NCBI RefSeq assembly: GCF_036507355.1
Contig: NZ_AP027877.1
Origin: Escherichia coli
Lineage (GTDB): Bacteria > Pseudomonadota > Gammaproteobacteria > Enterobacterales > Enterobacteriaceae
Reading direction: 5' to 3' (one strand)
Length of the DNA: 64,000 nt
Position 1 is the stretch's first letter. Each line of letters begins with the position of its first letter. Both the position numbers and the translations under genes were made by a program. This document shows, piece after piece, positions 32,373 to 45,403 of this stretch. The notes beneath the pieces are model-generated. The model was not told the DNA's origin. It was given only the letters and a program-made list of their open reading frames with translations, and made no database searches.

Positions 32373-33590
32373 CTACACGTCCAGCAGCAGACGCGTCGGA
32401 TCTTCCAGCAACTCTTTGATCGTTACCAGGAAGCCCACGGATTCGCGACCATCGATCAGACGGTGATCGTAGGACAGCGCCAGGTACATCATCGGCAGGA
32501 TCTCAACCTGACCATTCACCGCCATCGGACGATCTTTGATAGCGTGCATACCCAGAATTGCGCTCTGCGGCGGGTTGATGATCGGCGTAGACATCAGGGA
32601 ACCGAACACACCACCGTTGGTGATGGTGAAGTTACCACCGGTCAGATCTTCAACCGTCAGCTTGCCATCACGGCCTTTGACTGCCAGCTCTTTGATTTTC
32701 TTCTCGATGTCTGCCATGCCGAGGGTATCGACATCACGCAGAACCGGCGTCACCAGGCCGCGCGGCGTAGAAACCGCCATGCTGACGTCGAAATAGTTGT
32801 GGTAAACCACGTCATCGCCGTCGATAGAAGCATTCACTTCCGGGTAACGTTTCAGGGCTTCAACCACCGCTTTCACGTAGAAGGACATAAAGCCCAGACG
32901 GATGCCGTGGCGTTTTTCAAACGCTTCACCGTACTGCTTACGCAGATCCATAATCGGCTTCATGTTGACTTCGTTGAACGTGGTCAGCATGGCGGTGGAG
33001 TTTTTCGCTTCCAGCAGACGCTCTGCCACACGCTTACGCAGGCGAGTCATCGGGACACGTTTTTCACTACGTGCAGCCAGAGCCGGTTGCGCCGCCGAAG
33101 CAGCCGCTGCCGGAGCAGACTCTTTCGCCGGAGCTTTCGCCAGATGTTTTTCCACATCTTCACGGGTCAGACGACCACCCACACCGGTGCCTTTAATGGC
33201 GCTGGCGTCGAGGTTGTGTTCAGCCAGCAGGCGACGGATCGCCGGGCTTAACGCATCGTTGTTTTGCTCTTCCAGAGACGCCTGCTGGCGTTGCGCCGGA
33301 GTGGACGCTTTCTCTTCAGATTTGGCGCTGGTTTCTTTACCGGCGCTGTTGCCTTCACGCAGGCGACCAAGGATCTGACGAGACGTTACCGTTGTACCTT
33401 CATCTTCCAGAACCGCATCCAGAATGCCGTCTGCTGATGCCGGTACTTCCAGTACCACTTTGTCAGTTTCGATTTCTACCAGCACTTCATCACGTACGAC
33501 TGCGTCGCCGGGTTTTTTATGCCAGGTTGCGACGGTGGCATCGGCTACGGATTCAGGCAGGTCAGGGACCAGAATATCTACGCTACTCAT
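32373..33590 (-). CDS. sucB: 2-oxoglutarate dehydrogenase E2 (dihydrolipoyl succinyltransferase)
   Basis: 405-aa [32 protein letters not shown]... Confidence 0.97.
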   Translation of the reverse strand: MSSVDILVPDLPESVADATVATWHKKPGDAVVRDEVLVEIETDKVVLEVPASADGILDAVLEDEGTTVTSRQILGRLREGNSAGKETSAKSEEKASTPAQRQQASLEEQNNDALSPAIRRLLAEHNLDASAIKGTGVGGRLTREDVEKHLAKAPAKESAPAAAASAAQPALAARSEKRVPMTRLRKRVAERLLEAKNSTAMLTTFNEVNMKPIMDLRKQYGEAFEKRHGIRLGFMSFYVKAVVEALKRYPEVNASIDGDDVVYHNYFDVSMAVSTPRGLVTPVLRDVDTLGMADIEKKIKELAVKGRDGKLTVEDLTGGNFTITNGGVFGSLMSTPIINPPQSAILGMHAIKDRPMAVNGQVEILPMMYLALSYDHRLIDGRESVGFLVTIKELLEDPTRLLLDV

Positions 33591-33604
33591 TGTGTATCCT
33601 TTAT

Positions 33605-36406
33605 TTATTCGACGTTCAGCGCGTCATTAACCAGATCTTGTTGCTGTTTCTGGTGAACGGACATATACCCTACCGCCGGAGAGGCGGAGGCCGGGCGGCC
33701 TGCATAACGCAGAGAAGCCCCAAACGGAATCACTTCACGGAAATGATGCTGGCTGCAGTACCATGCGCCCTGGTTGAGCGGCTCTTCCTGGCACCAGACA
33801 AAATCCTTGACGTGAGCAAACTGCTGCAACACTTCCTGCATCGCTTTATGCGGGAACGGGTAGAGTTGCTCGATACGCACAATGGCGACATCGTGTTGAT
33901 TGTTCTTACGACGCTGTTCCAGCAGGTCGTAATAAACCTTACCAGAACACATCACTACGCGCTTCACGCCCTTCGGATCAAGCTCGTCGATTTCACCGAT
34001 GGCTGGCAGGAAGGTGCCGTTCGCCAGTTCTTCGAGGCTGGAAACCGCCAGCGGATGACGCAGCAGGGATTTCGGCGACATCACGACCAGCGGACGACGC
34101 ATCCCGCGCAGCGCCTGACGACGCAGCATGTGGTAAACCTGTGCCGGGGTAGACGGTACGCAAACCTGCATGTTTTGCTCAGCACAAAGTTGCAGATAAC
34201 GTTCCAGACGCGCGGAGGAGTGCTCCGGCCCCTGCCCTTCGTAACCGTGCGGCAGCAACATCACCAGCCCACACATCCGGCCCCATTTCTGTTCGCCAGA
34301 GGAGATGAACTGGTCGATAACCACCTGCGCGCCGTTGGCGAAGTCACCGAACTGCGCTTCCCAGATAGTCAGAGTGCGTGGTTCTGCGGTGGCATAACCG
34401 TATTCAAACGCCAGCACTGCTTCTTCAGAAAGTACGGAGTCCCAGACACGGAACGCGCCCTGGCCGTTATGAATATGTTGCAGCGGCGTGTAAGTAGAAC
34501 CGTTAGACTGATTGTGGATCACCGCGTGGCGGTGGAAGAAGGTACCGCGACCGGAGTCTTCACCCGACAGGCGAACCGGAATGCCTTCATCAACCAGCGT
34601 GGCGTAAGCGAGGTTTTCCGCGCCGCCCCAGTCGAACAGTTTCTCACCGGCAGCCATCGCCTGGCGATCGCCATAAATCTTGGCAACGCGAGACTGCATT
34701 TCAACTGCTTCCGGCACCGTGCTGATGCGTTTCGCCAGCTCCTGCAGGCGCTTCATCTCAACTTTGTTCGGGTACTCTTCGTCCCATTCGTGGTTGAGGT
34801 ACGGCGACCAGGTGAAAGAGTGCATGTTCATCGGACGCCACTCTGCCACTACGCAATCGCCAGCATCCAGCGCATCGCGGTACAGGTTAACCATCTCGGT
34901 GGCATCTTCCAGCGTCGCCACTTTTTCCTGCTCCAGCTTGTCAGCGTAGATTTTGCGCGGTGTCGGATGTTTTTTGATTTTCTGATACATCAGCGGCTGG
35001 GTTGCGCTCGGCTCGTCGGCTTCGTTGTGGCCGTGACGGCGGTAGCACACCAGGTCGATGAAGACATCACGTTTAAAGGTGTTACGGAAATCGAGCGCCA
35101 GACGGGTCACAAAGGCAACGGCTTCCGGATCATCCGCGTTAACGTGGAAAATCGGTGCCTGAACCATCTTACCGATATCAGTACAGTACGGTGTAGAACG
35201 GGCATCCAGCGGGTTAGAGGTGGTGAAGCCAACTTGATTGTTGATAACGATACGTACCGTACCGCCAACTTCATAACCACGCGCTTTCGACATGTTCAGG
35301 GTTTCCTGAACCACGCCCTGCCCGGTCACTGCGGCGTCACCGTGGATGGTGATTGGCAGCACTTTGTTGCTGCTCGGCTCATCAAGTCTGTCCAGACGGG
35401 CACGAACAGAGCCGATAACAACCGGGCTTACAATCTCAAGGTGAGACGGGTTAAACGCCAGCGCCAGGTGTACCAGGCCGCCATCGGTCTGGAAGTCAGA
35501 CGAGAAGCCCATGTGGTATTTCACGTCACCCGTGCCGAGGTGTTCTTTATGTTTACCGGCGAACTCGTCGAACAAGTCTTGCGGTTTTTTACCCAGCACG
35601 TTCACCAGCACGTTCAGACGACCACGGTGCGCCATCCCGAGAACCACTTCCCGGGTGCCGCTGTTGCCAGCGTGGCGGATCATCTCTTTAAGCATCGGGA
35701 TTAACGCGTCACCGCCTTCCAGCGAGAAGCGTTTTGCACCAGGGAATTTTGCACCGAGGTAACGTTCAAGGCCTTCAGCGGCGGTCAGTTCGCTTAAGAA
35801 GCGTTTTTTCTCTTCGCTATTGAAAGTCGCGCGACCAGACTCGATACGCTGTTGGATCCAGCGTTTTTCTTCGGTGCTGGTGATGTGCATATACTCGGCA
35901 CCAATCGGGCCGCAGTAGGTTTGCTTGAGGGCTTCCAGCAGCTCGCCGAGTTTCATGGTTTCTTTGCCGCTGGCAAATGAACCGACGTTGAAGGTCTCCT
36001 GGAAGTCTGCTTCGGTCAGATCGTGGAAAGACGGATCCAGATCGGCCACTTTATCTTGCTGCCACAGTCCCAGCGGATCGAGATTCGCATGCTGGTGACC
36101 ACGGAAGCGGTATGCGTTAATGAGCTGCAGGACTTTAACCTGCTTCACATTGGTGTCAGGGTCGGAGATCGTTGAAGAGTAACGTGAAGCGTCTTTCGCC
36201 AGGCGGCGGAAATATTCACGAGTTTGAGAGTGGAATTGATCCGGTTTGACTCCCGTACCAGGTAACTGCTGGAACGTCGAACGCCAGTTAGCGTCAACCG
36301 AGTCAGGATCGGTTAAGAAGTCTTCATAGAGCTGTTCTATCCAGCTCTGGTTTGCGCCAGAGAGGTAAGAAGAGTCCAACCAGGCTTTCAAAGCGCTGTT
36401 CTGCAT
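33605..36406 (-). CDS. sucA: 2-oxoglutarate dehydrogenase E1 component
   Basis: 933-aa [33 protein letters not shown]... Confidence 0.97.
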   Translation of the reverse strand: MQNSALKAWLDSSYLSGANQSWIEQLYEDFLTDPDSVDANWRSTFQQLPGTGVKPDQFHSQTREYFRRLAKDASRYSSTISDPDTNVKQVKVLQLINAYRFRGHQHANLDPLGLWQQDKVADLDPSFHDLTEADFQETFNVGSFASGKETMKLGELLEALKQTYCGPIGAEYMHITSTEEKRWIQQRIESGRATFNSEEKKRFLSELTAAEGLERYLGAKFPGAKRFSLEGGDALIPMLKEMIRHAGNSGTREVVLGMAHRGRLNVLVNVLGKKPQDLFDEFAGKHKEHLGTGDVKYHMGFSSDFQTDGGLVHLALAFNPSHLEIVSPVVIGSVRARLDRLDEPSSNKVLPITIHGDAAVTGQGVVQETLNMSKARGYEVGGTVRIVINNQVGFTTSNPLDARSTPYCTDIGKMVQAPIFHVNADDPEAVAFVTRLALDFRNTFKRDVFIDLVCYRRHGHNEADEPSATQPLMYQKIKKHPTPRKIYADKLEQEKVATLEDATEMVNLYRDALDAGDCVVAEWRPMNMHSFTWSPYLNHEWDEEYPNKVEMKRLQELAKRISTVPEAVEMQSRVAKIYGDRQAMAAGEKLFDWGGAENLAYATLVDEGIPVRLSGEDSGRGTFFHRHAVIHNQSNGSTYTPLQHIHNGQGAFRVWDSVLSEEAVLAFEYGYATAEPRTLTIWEAQFGDFANGAQVVIDQFISSGEQKWGRMCGLVMLLPHGYEGQGPEHSSARLERYLQLCAEQNMQVCVPSTPAQVYHMLRRQALRGMRRPLVVMSPKSLLRHPLAVSSLEELANGTFLPAIGEIDELDPKGVKRVVMCSGKVYYDLLEQRRKNNQHDVAIVRIEQLYPFPHKAMQEVLQQFAHVKDFVWCQEEPLNQGAWYCSQHHFREVIPFGASLRYAGRPASASPAVGYMSVHQKQQQDLVNDALNVE

Positions 36407-36584
36407 CGTGATCCCTTAAGCATCTTTTTTATGCTTACTTCGCCGTGGATACTACCACGCACAGTGATGTGCGTGCCGGGGTTCACTTGCGAGCTCTTGT
36501 CTACGTAGTGGCTCGCGAAGGAACCTTTAAAAACTGTCTTAGTGTCAGGGGCAGTTTTTAAAGATTTCCTGCATTTCTTTGTTA

Positions 36585-36702
36585 CGCCTGATGCGCTGCG
36601 CTTATCAGGCCTACGGGTAATGACTTGTAGGCCGGATAAGACGTTCACGCCGCATCCGGCACTGGTTGCCTGATGCGACGCTTGCGCGTCTTATCAGGCC
36701 TA
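36585..36702. repeat. REP/BIME palindromic repeat cluster between sucA and sdhB
   Basis: several gcctgatgcg...cttatcaggcctacg units in alternating orientation. Confidence 0.7.
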
Positions 36703-36706
36703 CGGT

Positions 36707-37423
36707 TTACGCATTACGTTGCAACAACATCGACTTGATATGGCCAATGGCGCGCGTCGGGTTCAGCCCCTTCGGACATACACTGACGCAGTTCATGATG
36801 CTGTGACAGCGGAATACACTGAATGCATCGCTCAAACCGTCGAGGCGGCTGTCAGTCTCGGTATCACGGCTATCGATCAGGAAACGATATGCCGCTAACA
36901 AGCCTGCCGGGCCGATAAACTTATCGGGATTCCACCAGAAAGACGGACAAGAGGTTGAACAACATGCGCAGAGAATACATTCATACAGCCCGTCGAGTTT
37001 TTCGCGCTGCTCTGGCATCTGTAAATGCTCACGAGCTGGCGGATTTTGTCCATTATTCAACAGGTAAGGCTTAATTTTCTCATATTGCGCATAGAATTGT
37101 CCCATGTCTACCACCAAATCGCGGATCACCGGTAAACCTGGCAGCGGGCGAATCACAATCTTCTTGCCCGGCTGGTTGAGTGCCGAAATAGGGGTAATAC
37201 AGGCCAGACCATTCTTGCCGTTCATGTTCAGACCGTCGGAACCGCACACACCTTCACGGCAGGAGCGACGGAACGACAGGCTGGGATCTTTCTCTTTTAG
37301 CTGGATAAGCGCATCCAGCAGCATCATGTCGCGACCTTCTTCCGCTTCCAGGGTGTAATCCTGCATACGCGGAGCATCATCAACATCCGGGTTATAGCGA
37401 TAAATTGAAAACTCGAGTCTCAT
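36707..37423 (-). CDS. sdhB: succinate dehydrogenase iron-sulfur subunit
   Basis: 238-aa ORF with Fe-S cysteine clusters. Confidence 0.97.
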   Translation of the reverse strand: MRLEFSIYRYNPDVDDAPRMQDYTLEAEEGRDMMLLDALIQLKEKDPSLSFRRSCREGVCGSDGLNMNGKNGLACITPISALNQPGKKIVIRPLPGLPVIRDLVVDMGQFYAQYEKIKPYLLNNGQNPPAREHLQMPEQREKLDGLYECILCACCSTSCPSFWWNPDKFIGPAGLLAAYRFLIDSRDTETDSRLDGLSDAFSVFRCHSIMNCVSVCPKGLNPTRAIGHIKSMLLQRNA

Positions 37424-37438
37424 TTTCCTGTCTCCGCA

Positions 37439-39205
37439 TTAGTAAGTACGAATCTTCGGCGGGAATGCCGGGCGCAGTTTCGGTTCCATGTTGACGCTTC
37501 GGCGCGTCATGGATTCCGACTCTGGCAGATACAGGGAGTGGCACAGCCAGTTTTCATCATCACGATCCGGGAAGTCGAAGCGGCTATGTGCGCCACGGCT
37601 TTCGGTACGGAAGTTGGCAGAAACAGCCGTTGCATACGCCGTTTCCATCAGGTTATCCAGTTCCAGGCACTCAACGCGCTGGGTGTTGAACTCGCTGGAA
37701 GTGTCATCCAGACGGGCATTTTTCAGACGCTCGCGGATAACTTTCAACTGCTCAAGCCCTTTCGCCATCGCATCACCTTCACGGAAGACCGAGAAGTTAT
37801 GCTGCATACATTCTTGCAGCGCTTTACGAATCGCCACCGGATCTTCACCGTTACGATTATTGTTCCAGCGGTTCAGACGATCCAGAGACGCTTCAACATC
37901 AGACTCGCTGGCATCGCGCAGTGCGCCCTGCTCGGCGATAGACTCTTGCAGATGCAGACCTGCCGCACGACCAAAGACCACCAGGTCCAGCAGCGAGTTG
38001 CCGCCCAGACGGTTAGCGCCGTGTACCGATACACAAGCGATTTCACCTACCGCGAACAGCCCCGGAACAACCACATCTTCGCCTTTCTCATTCACAGTCA
38101 GCGCCTGACCGGTAACTTTGGTCGGAATACCGCCCATCATGTAGTGACAGGTTGGGATAACCGGAATCGGCTCTTTCACCGGATCAACGTGAGCGAAGGT
38201 ACGGGAAAGCTCCAGGATACCCGGCAGACGGGATTCGAGAACTTCTTTACCCAGGTGATCGAGTTTCAGTTTCGCGTGTGGCCCCCACGGACCATCACAG
38301 CCGCGACCTTCACGGATTTCGATCATGATGGAACGCGCCACCACATCACGGCCCGCCAGGTCTTTGGCGTTCGGCGCATAACGCTCCATAAAGCGTTCGC
38401 CATGTTTGTTCAGCAGATAACCGCCTTCACCACGGCAACCTTCGGTGACCAGTACGCCCGCACCGGCAATGCCGGTCGGGTGGAATTGCCACATTTCCAT
38501 ATCCTGCACCGGTACACCTGCACGGATAGCCATGCCGACGCCGTCGCCAGTGTTAATGTGGGCGTTAGTGGTGGACTGATAAATACGCCCTGCTCCGCCA
38601 GTCGCCAGCACGGTAGCGCGGGCTTTGAAATAAACCACTTCACCGGTTTCGATGCACAGTGCGGTACAACCCACCACCGCGCCATCCTGGTTTTTCACCA
38701 GATCCAGCGCATACCACTCAGAGAAAATGGTGGTGTGGTTTTTCAGGTTCTGCTGATAAAGCGTGTGCAACAGTGCGTGACCGGTACGGTCAGCCGCTGC
38801 CGCAGTACGTGCCGCCTGCTCGCCGCCGAAGTTTTTCGACTGACCGCCAAACGGACGTTGATAGATACGACCATCATCAAGACGCGAGAACGGCAGGCCC
38901 ATGTGTTCGAGTTCCAGAATCGCTTCCGGCCCGGTTTTACACATATATTCAATCGCGTCCTGGTCACCGATATAGTCCGACCCTTTCACGGTGTCGTACA
39001 TATGCCATTCCCAGTTATCTTCATGGGTATTACCCAGCGCAACGGTAATGCCGCCTTGCGCAGAAACGGTATGGGAACGGGTCGGGAAGACTTTAGAGAG
39101 CAGCGCACAGGTCTGGCCGCTCTGGGAAATTTGCAGCGCCGCGCGCATACCTGCGCCGCCGGCACCAATCACAACTGCATCAAATTCTCTGACTGGCAAT
39201 TTCAT
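37439..39205 (-). CDS. sdhA: succinate dehydrogenase flavoprotein subunit
   Basis: [24 protein letters not shown]...; start set at the Met overlapping the sdhD stop (TGATG), 588 aa. Confidence 0.97.
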   Translation of the reverse strand: MKLPVREFDAVVIGAGGAGMRAALQISQSGQTCALLSKVFPTRSHTVSAQGGITVALGNTHEDNWEWHMYDTVKGSDYIGDQDAIEYMCKTGPEAILELEHMGLPFSRLDDGRIYQRPFGGQSKNFGGEQAARTAAAADRTGHALLHTLYQQNLKNHTTIFSEWYALDLVKNQDGAVVGCTALCIETGEVVYFKARATVLATGGAGRIYQSTTNAHINTGDGVGMAIRAGVPVQDMEMWQFHPTGIAGAGVLVTEGCRGEGGYLLNKHGERFMERYAPNAKDLAGRDVVARSIMIEIREGRGCDGPWGPHAKLKLDHLGKEVLESRLPGILELSRTFAHVDPVKEPIPVIPTCHYMMGGIPTKVTGQALTVNEKGEDVVVPGLFAVGEIACVSVHGANRLGGNSLLDLVVFGRAAGLHLQESIAEQGALRDASESDVEASLDRLNRWNNNRNGEDPVAIRKALQECMQHNFSVFREGDAMAKGLEQLKVIRERLKNARLDDTSSEFNTQRVECLELDNLMETAYATAVSANFRTESRGAHSRFDFPDRDDENWLCHSLYLPESESMTRRSVNMEPKLRPAFPPKIRTY

Positions 39206-39552
39206 CACACACCCCACACCACAACGAATCCATAAATCACGTAAACCACCAGTGCAACGACAATCACCAGTTGCAGCATCAGGCGCAAGGCCAGCGGTTT
39301 AACGTAGTCGGTCAACACCTGCCACATGCCGATCCAGGCATGGATCAAGATAGAAAACAGCGCCAGCAGGGTGAACACTTTGGTGAACGCAGAGGCGAAG
39401 AAACCGATCCAGACTTCATATGTCAGTTCGCCACTGGTAGCGAAAAAACCGACCATATAAATGATGTAGAGCGTCAGGACGATAGCGGTAGCGCGAACGA
39501 GGATGAAATCATGTACGCCATTGCGTCCTAATGCGGAGGCGTTGCTTACCAT
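39205..39552 (-). CDS. sdhD: succinate dehydrogenase membrane anchor subunit
   Basis: 115-aa membrane ORF. Confidence 0.95.
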
Positions 39553-39935
39553 ACGAGGACTCCTGCGAGAAGTGAAAGCACGACAGTAATAACAAAGGAG
39601 ATTTTGGCGGAGCGTTTACCCGCTTCGAATGTTTCTTCCAGATAGCCAAAATCCATCATCATGTGGCGAATACCTACGACGACGTGATACGCCAGAGCGG
39701 TAAGGATGCCCCACATGATAAATTTGACGAAGAAGCTGCCCATAATCGCGGAAGCTTGCTCGAAACCTTCAGGGGAAGAGAGGCTGGTACCCAGAAGCCA
39801 CAGCAGGATGCCCACTGCAACAAAGGTGATCACACCGGAAACGCGATGGAGAATGGACGCTATCGCCGTGATGGGGAACCGGATGGTCTGTAGGTCCAGA
39901 TTAACAGGTCTTTGTTTTTTCACATTTCTTATCAT
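39546..39935 (-). CDS. sdhC: succinate dehydrogenase cytochrome b556 subunit
   Basis: [35 protein letters not shown]...; start at the internal Met giving 129 aa. Confidence 0.93.
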
Positions 39936-40643
39936 GAATAACGCCCACATGCTGTTCTTATTATTCCCTGGGGACTACGGGCACAGAGGTTAACTTTCTG
40001 TTACCTGGAGACGTCGGGATTTCCTTCCTCCGGTCTGCTTGCGGGTCAGACAGCGTCCTTTCTATAACTGCGCGTCATGCAAAACACTGCTTCCAGATGC
40101 GAAAACGACACGTTACAACGCTGGGTGGCTCGGGATTGCAGGGTGTTCCGGAGACCTGGCGGCAGTATAGGCTGTTCACAAAATCATTACAATTAACCTA
40201 CATATAGTTTGTCGGGTTTTATCCTGAACAGTGATCCAGGTCACGATAACAACATTTATTTAATTTTTAATCATCTAATTTGACAATCATTCAACAAAGT
40301 TGTTACAAACATTACCAGGAAAAGCATATAATGCGTAAAAGTTATGAAGTCGGTATTTCACCTAAGATTAACTTATGTAACAGTGTGGAAGTATTGACCA
40401 ATTCATTCGGGACAGTTATTAGTGGTAGACAAGTTTAATAATTCGGATTGCTAAGTACTTGATTCGCCATTTATTCGTCATCAATGGATCCTTTACCTGC
40501 AAGCGCCCAGAGCTCTGTACCCAGGTTTTCCCCTCTTTCACAGAGTGGCGAGCCAAATAACAAACGGGTAAAGCCAGGTTGATGTGCGAAGGCAAATTTA
40601 AGTTCCGGCAGTCTTACGCAATAAGGCGCTAAGGAGACCTTAA
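39936..40643. promoter_or_regulatory. divergent sdhC / gltA regulatory intergenic region
   Basis: about 700-bp AT-rich non-coding interval between divergent sdhC and gltA; includes a TATAAT hexamer at about 40327-40332; individual promoters and binding sites not resolved. Confidence 0.5.
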
Positions 40644-41927
40644 ATGGCTGATACAAAAGCAAAACTCACCCTCAACGGGGACACAGCTGTTGAACTGGAT
40701 GTGCTGAAAGGCACGCTGGGTCAAGATGTTATTGATATCCGTACTCTCGGTTCAAAAGGTGTGTTCACCTTTGACCCAGGCTTCACTTCAACCGCATCCT
40801 GCGAATCTAAAATTACTTTTATTGATGGTGATGAAGGTATTTTGCTGCACCGCGGTTTCCCGATCGATCAGCTGGCGACCGATTCTAACTACCTGGAAGT
40901 TTGTTACATCCTGCTGAATGGTGAAAAACCGACTCAGGAACAGTATGACGAATTTAAAACTACGGTGACCCGTCATACCATGATCCACGAGCAGATTACC
41001 CGTCTGTTCCACGCTTTCCGTCGCGACTCACATCCAATGGCAGTCATGTGTGGTATTACCGGCGCGCTGGCGGCGTTCTATCACGACTCGCTGGATGTTA
41101 ACAATCCTCGTCACCGTGAAATTGCCGCGTTCCGCCTGCTGTCGAAAATGCCGACCATGGCAGCGATGTGTTACAAGTATTCCATTGGTCAGCCATTTGT
41201 TTATCCGCGCAACGATCTCTCCTATGCCGGTAACTTCCTGAATATGATGTTCTCCACGCCGTGCGAACCGTATGAAGTTAATCCGATTCTGGAACGTGCT
41301 ATGGACCGTATTCTGATCCTGCACGCTGACCATGAACAGAACGCCTCTACCTCCACCGTGCGTACCGCTGGCTCTTCGGGTGCGAACCCGTTTGCCTGTA
41401 TCGCAGCAGGTATTGCTTCACTGTGGGGACCTGCGCACGGTGGTGCTAACGAAGCGGCGCTGAAAATGCTGGAAGAAATCAGCTCCGTTAAACACATTCC
41501 GGAATTTGTTCGTCGTGCGAAAGATAAAAATGATTCTTTCCGCCTGATGGGCTTCGGTCACCGCGTGTACAAAAATTACGACCCGCGCGCCACCGTAATG
41601 CGTGAAACCTGCCATGAAGTTCTGAAAGAGCTGGGCACCAAAGATGACCTGCTGGAAGTGGCTATGGAGCTGGAAAACATCGCGCTGAACGACCCGTACT
41701 TTATCGAGAAGAAACTGTACCCGAACGTCGATTTCTACTCTGGTATCATCCTGAAAGCGATGGGTATTCCGTCTTCCATGTTCACCGTCATTTTCGCAAT
41801 GGCACGTACCGTTGGCTGGATCGCCCACTGGAGCGAAATGCACAGTGACGGCATGAAGATCGCCCGTCCGCGCCAGTTGTACACCGGCTATGAAAAACGA
41901 GACTTTAAATCAGATGTTAAACATTAA
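40644..41927 (+). CDS. gltA: citrate synthase
   Basis: 427-aa [39 protein letters not shown]... Confidence 0.97.
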   Translation: MADTKAKLTLNGDTAVELDVLKGTLGQDVIDIRTLGSKGVFTFDPGFTSTASCESKITFIDGDEGILLHRGFPIDQLATDSNYLEVCYILLNGEKPTQEQYDEFKTTVTRHTMIHEQITRLFHAFRRDSHPMAVMCGITGALAAFYHDSLDVNNPRHREIAAFRLLSKMPTMAAMCYKYSIGQPFVYPRNDLSYAGNFLNMMFSTPCEPYEVNPILERAMDRILILHADHEQNASTSTVRTAGSSGANPFACIAAGIASLWGPAHGGANEAALKMLEEISSVKHIPEFVRRAKDKNDSFRLMGFGHRVYKNYDPRATVMRETCHEVLKELGTKDDLLEVAMELENIALNDPYFIEKKLYPNVDFYSGIILKAMGIPSSMFTVIFAMARTVGWIAHWSEMHSDGMKIARPRQLYTGYEKRDFKSDVKH

Positions 41928-41954
41928 TTATCTGATTTGAACCATATATCGTTT

Positions 41955-41987
41955 AGCCCGCCTGAATATCTGGCGGGCTTTTTTTTG
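41955..41987 (+). terminator. intrinsic terminator after gltA
   Basis: agcccgcc-tgaatatct-ggcgggct hairpin followed by tttttttt. Confidence 0.8.
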
Positions 41988-42313
41988 TTCGTTAGTTATG
42001 TCTATCGACAAAAAAACGTAATCGGACACAAATACATAATTACACGTTACAAGAATACATATCCGATAACTAAATAAAATCCTAATTTTTCATTCACCAC
42101 CACCGTTATCCCGCCAATCGATGTAGAATACATTGGGTAGCACCCACAATTAAATAAACTCGTAATAGGATTAATTCACTTTATTTATGATTCGAGAGCT
42201 TTGAGAAACTCTCAAACATAATGTAGCAACATTAATATTATTACATGAGCAAAAAACCACTATTCTGTCGGAATAATTAGTATACTTTATCATAGCCCAT
42301 GAAGGATTCATGT

Positions 42314-42880
42314 ATGTTTAAAGGACAAAAAACACTGGCCGCCCTGGCCATATCTCTACTATTCGCTTCACCTGTTTTTGCTGCAGATGAAGGATCTGGT
42401 GAAATCCACTTTAAAGGTGAAGTTATTGAAGCACCTTGTGAAATTCACCCTGATGACCTTGATATGAACATTGACCTGGGTGAAGTAACCACATCCCACA
42501 TAAATCGAGAACATCATAGCGAGAAAAAACCTGTCAATATTCGCTTAATCAACTGTGATATTGCAGACTGGGATGATGGCAACGGTGGCGTGGTCTCAAA
42601 GGTAGGCGTGACCTTCGACAGCACAGCTAAAACGACAGGTGCAACGCCGCTCCTTAGTAACATCAGTGCTGGCGAGGCTACCGGCGTTGGCGTACGTCTC
42701 ATGAACAAAGATGAATCATTTGTTGTATTGGGAACAGAAGCGCCAACAATTGACTTATTGGCAAGTTCAACAGAACAAACGTTAAACTTCTTTGCCTGGA
42801 TGGAACAGATGGATAACGCAGTTTCGGTTACCGCGGGGGCCGTTACTGCTAACGCAACTTACGTTCTGGATTACCAATAA
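42314..42880 (+). CDS. ybgD: fimbrial (pilin) subunit, chaperone-usher type
   Basis: MFKGQKTLAALAISLLFASPVFA signal peptide plus pilin-like body; 188 aa from this Met. Confidence 0.9.
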   Translation: MFKGQKTLAALAISLLFASPVFAADEGSGEIHFKGEVIEAPCEIHPDDLDMNIDLGEVTTSHINREHHSEKKPVNIRLINCDIADWDDGNGGVVSKVGVTFDSTAKTTGATPLLSNISAGEATGVGVRLMNKDESFVVLGTEAPTIDLLASSTEQTLNFFAWMEQMDNAVSVTAGAVTANATYVLDYQ

Positions 42881-42888
42881 TCCTTTTT

Positions 42889-42913
42889 AAGGCGGCTGAT
42901 TAGCCGCCTTTTG
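42889..42913 (+). terminator. stem-loop after ybgD (partial terminator or attenuator before the usher gene)
   Basis: aaggcggct-gatt-agccgcctt hairpin followed by ttgcg. Confidence 0.5.
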
Positions 42914-42929
42914 CGAATATTGTTCAGGT

Positions 42930-45389
42930 ATGGATGCCGTGAATATTTATCGACTCTCTGTTCTTTCCTGTCTGGCAATGGTAACCCCTCCTGCGCTGGC
43001 AGCTGAATTTAACCTTAACGTTCTCGATAAGTCGATTCGGGATAGCGTTGATATTTCGTTGCTCAATCAAAAAGGCGTCGTAGCTCCCGGCGATTACTTT
43101 GTTAGTGTTACGGTTAATAATAATAAAATCAGTAATGGGCAACAAATTCGCTGGCAAAAATCTGGCGATAAAATTATTCCTTGTATCAATGAATCGCTGA
43201 TCGAACTCTTCGGACTTAAATCCGACTTTCGTAAAAAATTACCGGCAATAAAAGAATGTGTCGATTTTAGTGTCTTCCCTAAAATCATCTTTACTTTCGA
43301 TCAGGCAAATCAACAGCTCAATATTACAATCCCGCAGGCATGGCTGGCGTGGCATTCAGAAAACTGGACGCCACCCTCAACGTGGAATAACGGTATTCCT
43401 GGCTTCCTGATGGATTACAACCTGTTTGCCAGCACTTATCGCCCACAAAGCGGCAGCAGCAGCAACAACCTGAACGCCTATGGCACCACGGGCCTCAACG
43501 CCGGGGCATGGCGTCTGCGCAGCGATTATCAGCTTAGCCAGTCCGATAGCGGCGACAACCGTGAACAATCCGGGGCGATTTCACGGACCTACCTGTTCCG
43601 CCCGTTACCGCAAATAGGTTCCCGATTAACCCTGGGCGAAACCGATTTTAGCTCTAACATTTTTGATGGTTTCTCCTATACCGGTGCGGCGTTAGCCAGC
43701 GACGATCGAATGCTCCCCTGGGAGTTACGCGGCTACGCGCCGCAAATCAGCGGCATCGCACAGACTAACGCCACGGTCACGATAAGCCATTCTGGTCGCG
43801 TGATTTACCAGAAAAAAGTTCCGCCAGGCCCATTTATTATTGATGACCTGAATCAGTCAGTGCAAGGTACACTGGATGTCAAAGTGAGCGAAGAAGATGG
43901 ACGGGGGAATAACTTCCAGGTTTCAGCGGCCTCTACCCCGTTCCTGACGCGTCAGGGCCAGGTGCGCTATAAACTGGCTGCCGGTCGCCCGCGTTCCTCT
44001 ATGTCGCACCACACCGAGGATGAAACCTTCATTAGCCATGAAGTCTCCTGGGGGATGCTCTCCAACACTTCACTATATGGCGGCATGCTTCTCGCAGGCG
44101 ATGACTATCGTTCCGGCGCGCTGGGTATTGGGAAAAATATGCTCTGGCTGGGGGCGCTGTCGTTTGACGTGACCTGGGCCGACAGCCATTTTGATACTCA
44201 ACAGGATGAGCAGGGTTACAGCTACCGCTTTAACTACAGCAAACAGGTTGATGCGACCAACAGCACCATCTCATTGGCAGCCTATCGCTTCTCCGATCGC
44301 CATTTTCACAGCTACGCTAACTACATTGATCACAAATACAATGACGCCGACGCGCAGGATGAAAAGCAAACCATCAGCCTCTCCTTCGGTCAGCCTATTA
44401 CTCCGCTGAATCTTAATCTCTACGCCAACATCCTGCATCAGAGCTGGTGGAATGCGGATACCTCCACCACGGCCAACATTACCGTCGGTTTTAACGTCGA
44501 CATTGGCGACTGGAAAGATATTTCTGTCTCGACCTCGTTCAACACCACCCATTATGAAGATAAAGATCGCGACAACCAGATTTACTTTTCGATCTCCTTA
44601 CCGATTGGGGAAAGTGGTCGACTGGGTTATGACATGCAGAACAACAGTAATACTACCACCCACCGCATGTCGTGGAACGATACCCTGGATGAACGAAACA
44701 GTTGGGGAATGTCGGCTGGAATACAATCCGATCGCCCGGATAACGGTGCGCAGGTCAGCGGCAATTACCAACACCTCAGTTCGGCGGGGGAATGGGATCT
44801 GACCGGAACCTATGCCGCCAATGATTACACTTCCGCCAGTGCCAGTTGGAGCGGCTCGTTTACCGCGACTCAACATGGCGCGGCATTCCATCGCCGCAGT
44901 TCCACCAATGAACCACGCCTGATGGTCAGCACCGACGGCGTGGGCGATATTCCGATTCAGGGCAATATTGACTACACCAACCGCTTTGGTATTACCGTGG
45001 TACCGTTTGTTTCCAGCTACCAGCCTACGACGGTGGCGGTCAATATGAACGACTTGCCTGACGGCGTTACCGTTTCCGAAAACGTGGTGAAAGAAACCTG
45101 GACCGAAGGCGCCATCGGCTTTAAATCGCTGGCGTCCCGCGCCGGGAAAGATCTCAACGTCATTATCAGCGATGCTAACGGGCATTTCCCGCCGCTCGGT
45201 GCCGATGTTCGCCAGGCTGAAGGCGGTGTCAGCGTCGGGATGGTTGGCGAAAACGGTCACGCATGGCTGAGTGGGGTCGATGAAAATCAACAATTTACCG
45301 TGCACTGGGGCGACCAGAAAACGTGTGCCATTCATCTGCCGGAACATCTGGAAGATGTGACTAAGCGCCTGATTTTACCCTGTCATTAA
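42930..45389 (+). CDS. ybgQ: fimbrial outer-membrane usher protein
   Basis: 819-aa ORF with usher-family features; K-12 YbgQ starts 3 codons later. Confidence 0.9.
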   Translation: MDAVNIYRLSVLSCLAMVTPPALAAEFNLNVLDKSIRDSVDISLLNQKGVVAPGDYFVSVTVNNNKISNGQQIRWQKSGDKIIPCINESLIELFGLKSDFRKKLPAIKECVDFSVFPKIIFTFDQANQQLNITIPQAWLAWHSENWTPPSTWNNGIPGFLMDYNLFASTYRPQSGSSSNNLNAYGTTGLNAGAWRLRSDYQLSQSDSGDNREQSGAISRTYLFRPLPQIGSRLTLGETDFSSNIFDGFSYTGAALASDDRMLPWELRGYAPQISGIAQTNATVTISHSGRVIYQKKVPPGPFIIDDLNQSVQGTLDVKVSEEDGRGNNFQVSAASTPFLTRQGQVRYKLAAGRPRSSMSHHTEDETFISHEVSWGMLSNTSLYGGMLLAGDDYRSGALGIGKNMLWLGALSFDVTWADSHFDTQQDEQGYSYRFNYSKQVDATNSTISLAAYRFSDRHFHSYANYIDHKYNDADAQDEKQTISLSFGQPITPLNLNLYANILHQSWWNADTSTTANITVGFNVDIGDWKDISVSTSFNTTHYEDKDRDNQIYFSISLPIGESGRLGYDMQNNSNTTTHRMSWNDTLDERNSWGMSAGIQSDRPDNGAQVSGNYQHLSSAGEWDLTGTYAANDYTSASASWSGSFTATQHGAAFHRRSSTNEPRLMVSTDGVGDIPIQGNIDYTNRFGITVVPFVSSYQPTTVAVNMNDLPDGVTVSENVVKETWTEGAIGFKSLASRAGKDLNVIISDANGHFPPLGADVRQAEGGVSVGMVGENGHAWLSGVDENQQFTVHWGDQKTCAIHLPEHLEDVTKRLILPCH

Positions 45390-45403
45390 TTAAGGAAAAG
45401 ACG

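Noticed and set aside
32280-35704. Very long antisense ORFs (323 aa and 770 aa) opposite sucB and sucA
   Set aside because: They are fully contained within strongly supported suc genes on the other strand and have Arg/His-rich low-complexity composition typical of spurious antisense frames in GC-rich coding DNA.
37488-39235. 565-aa and 206-aa plus-strand ORFs across sdhA
   Set aside because: Antisense to sdhA, no ribosome-binding site or family resemblance; a frame artefact.
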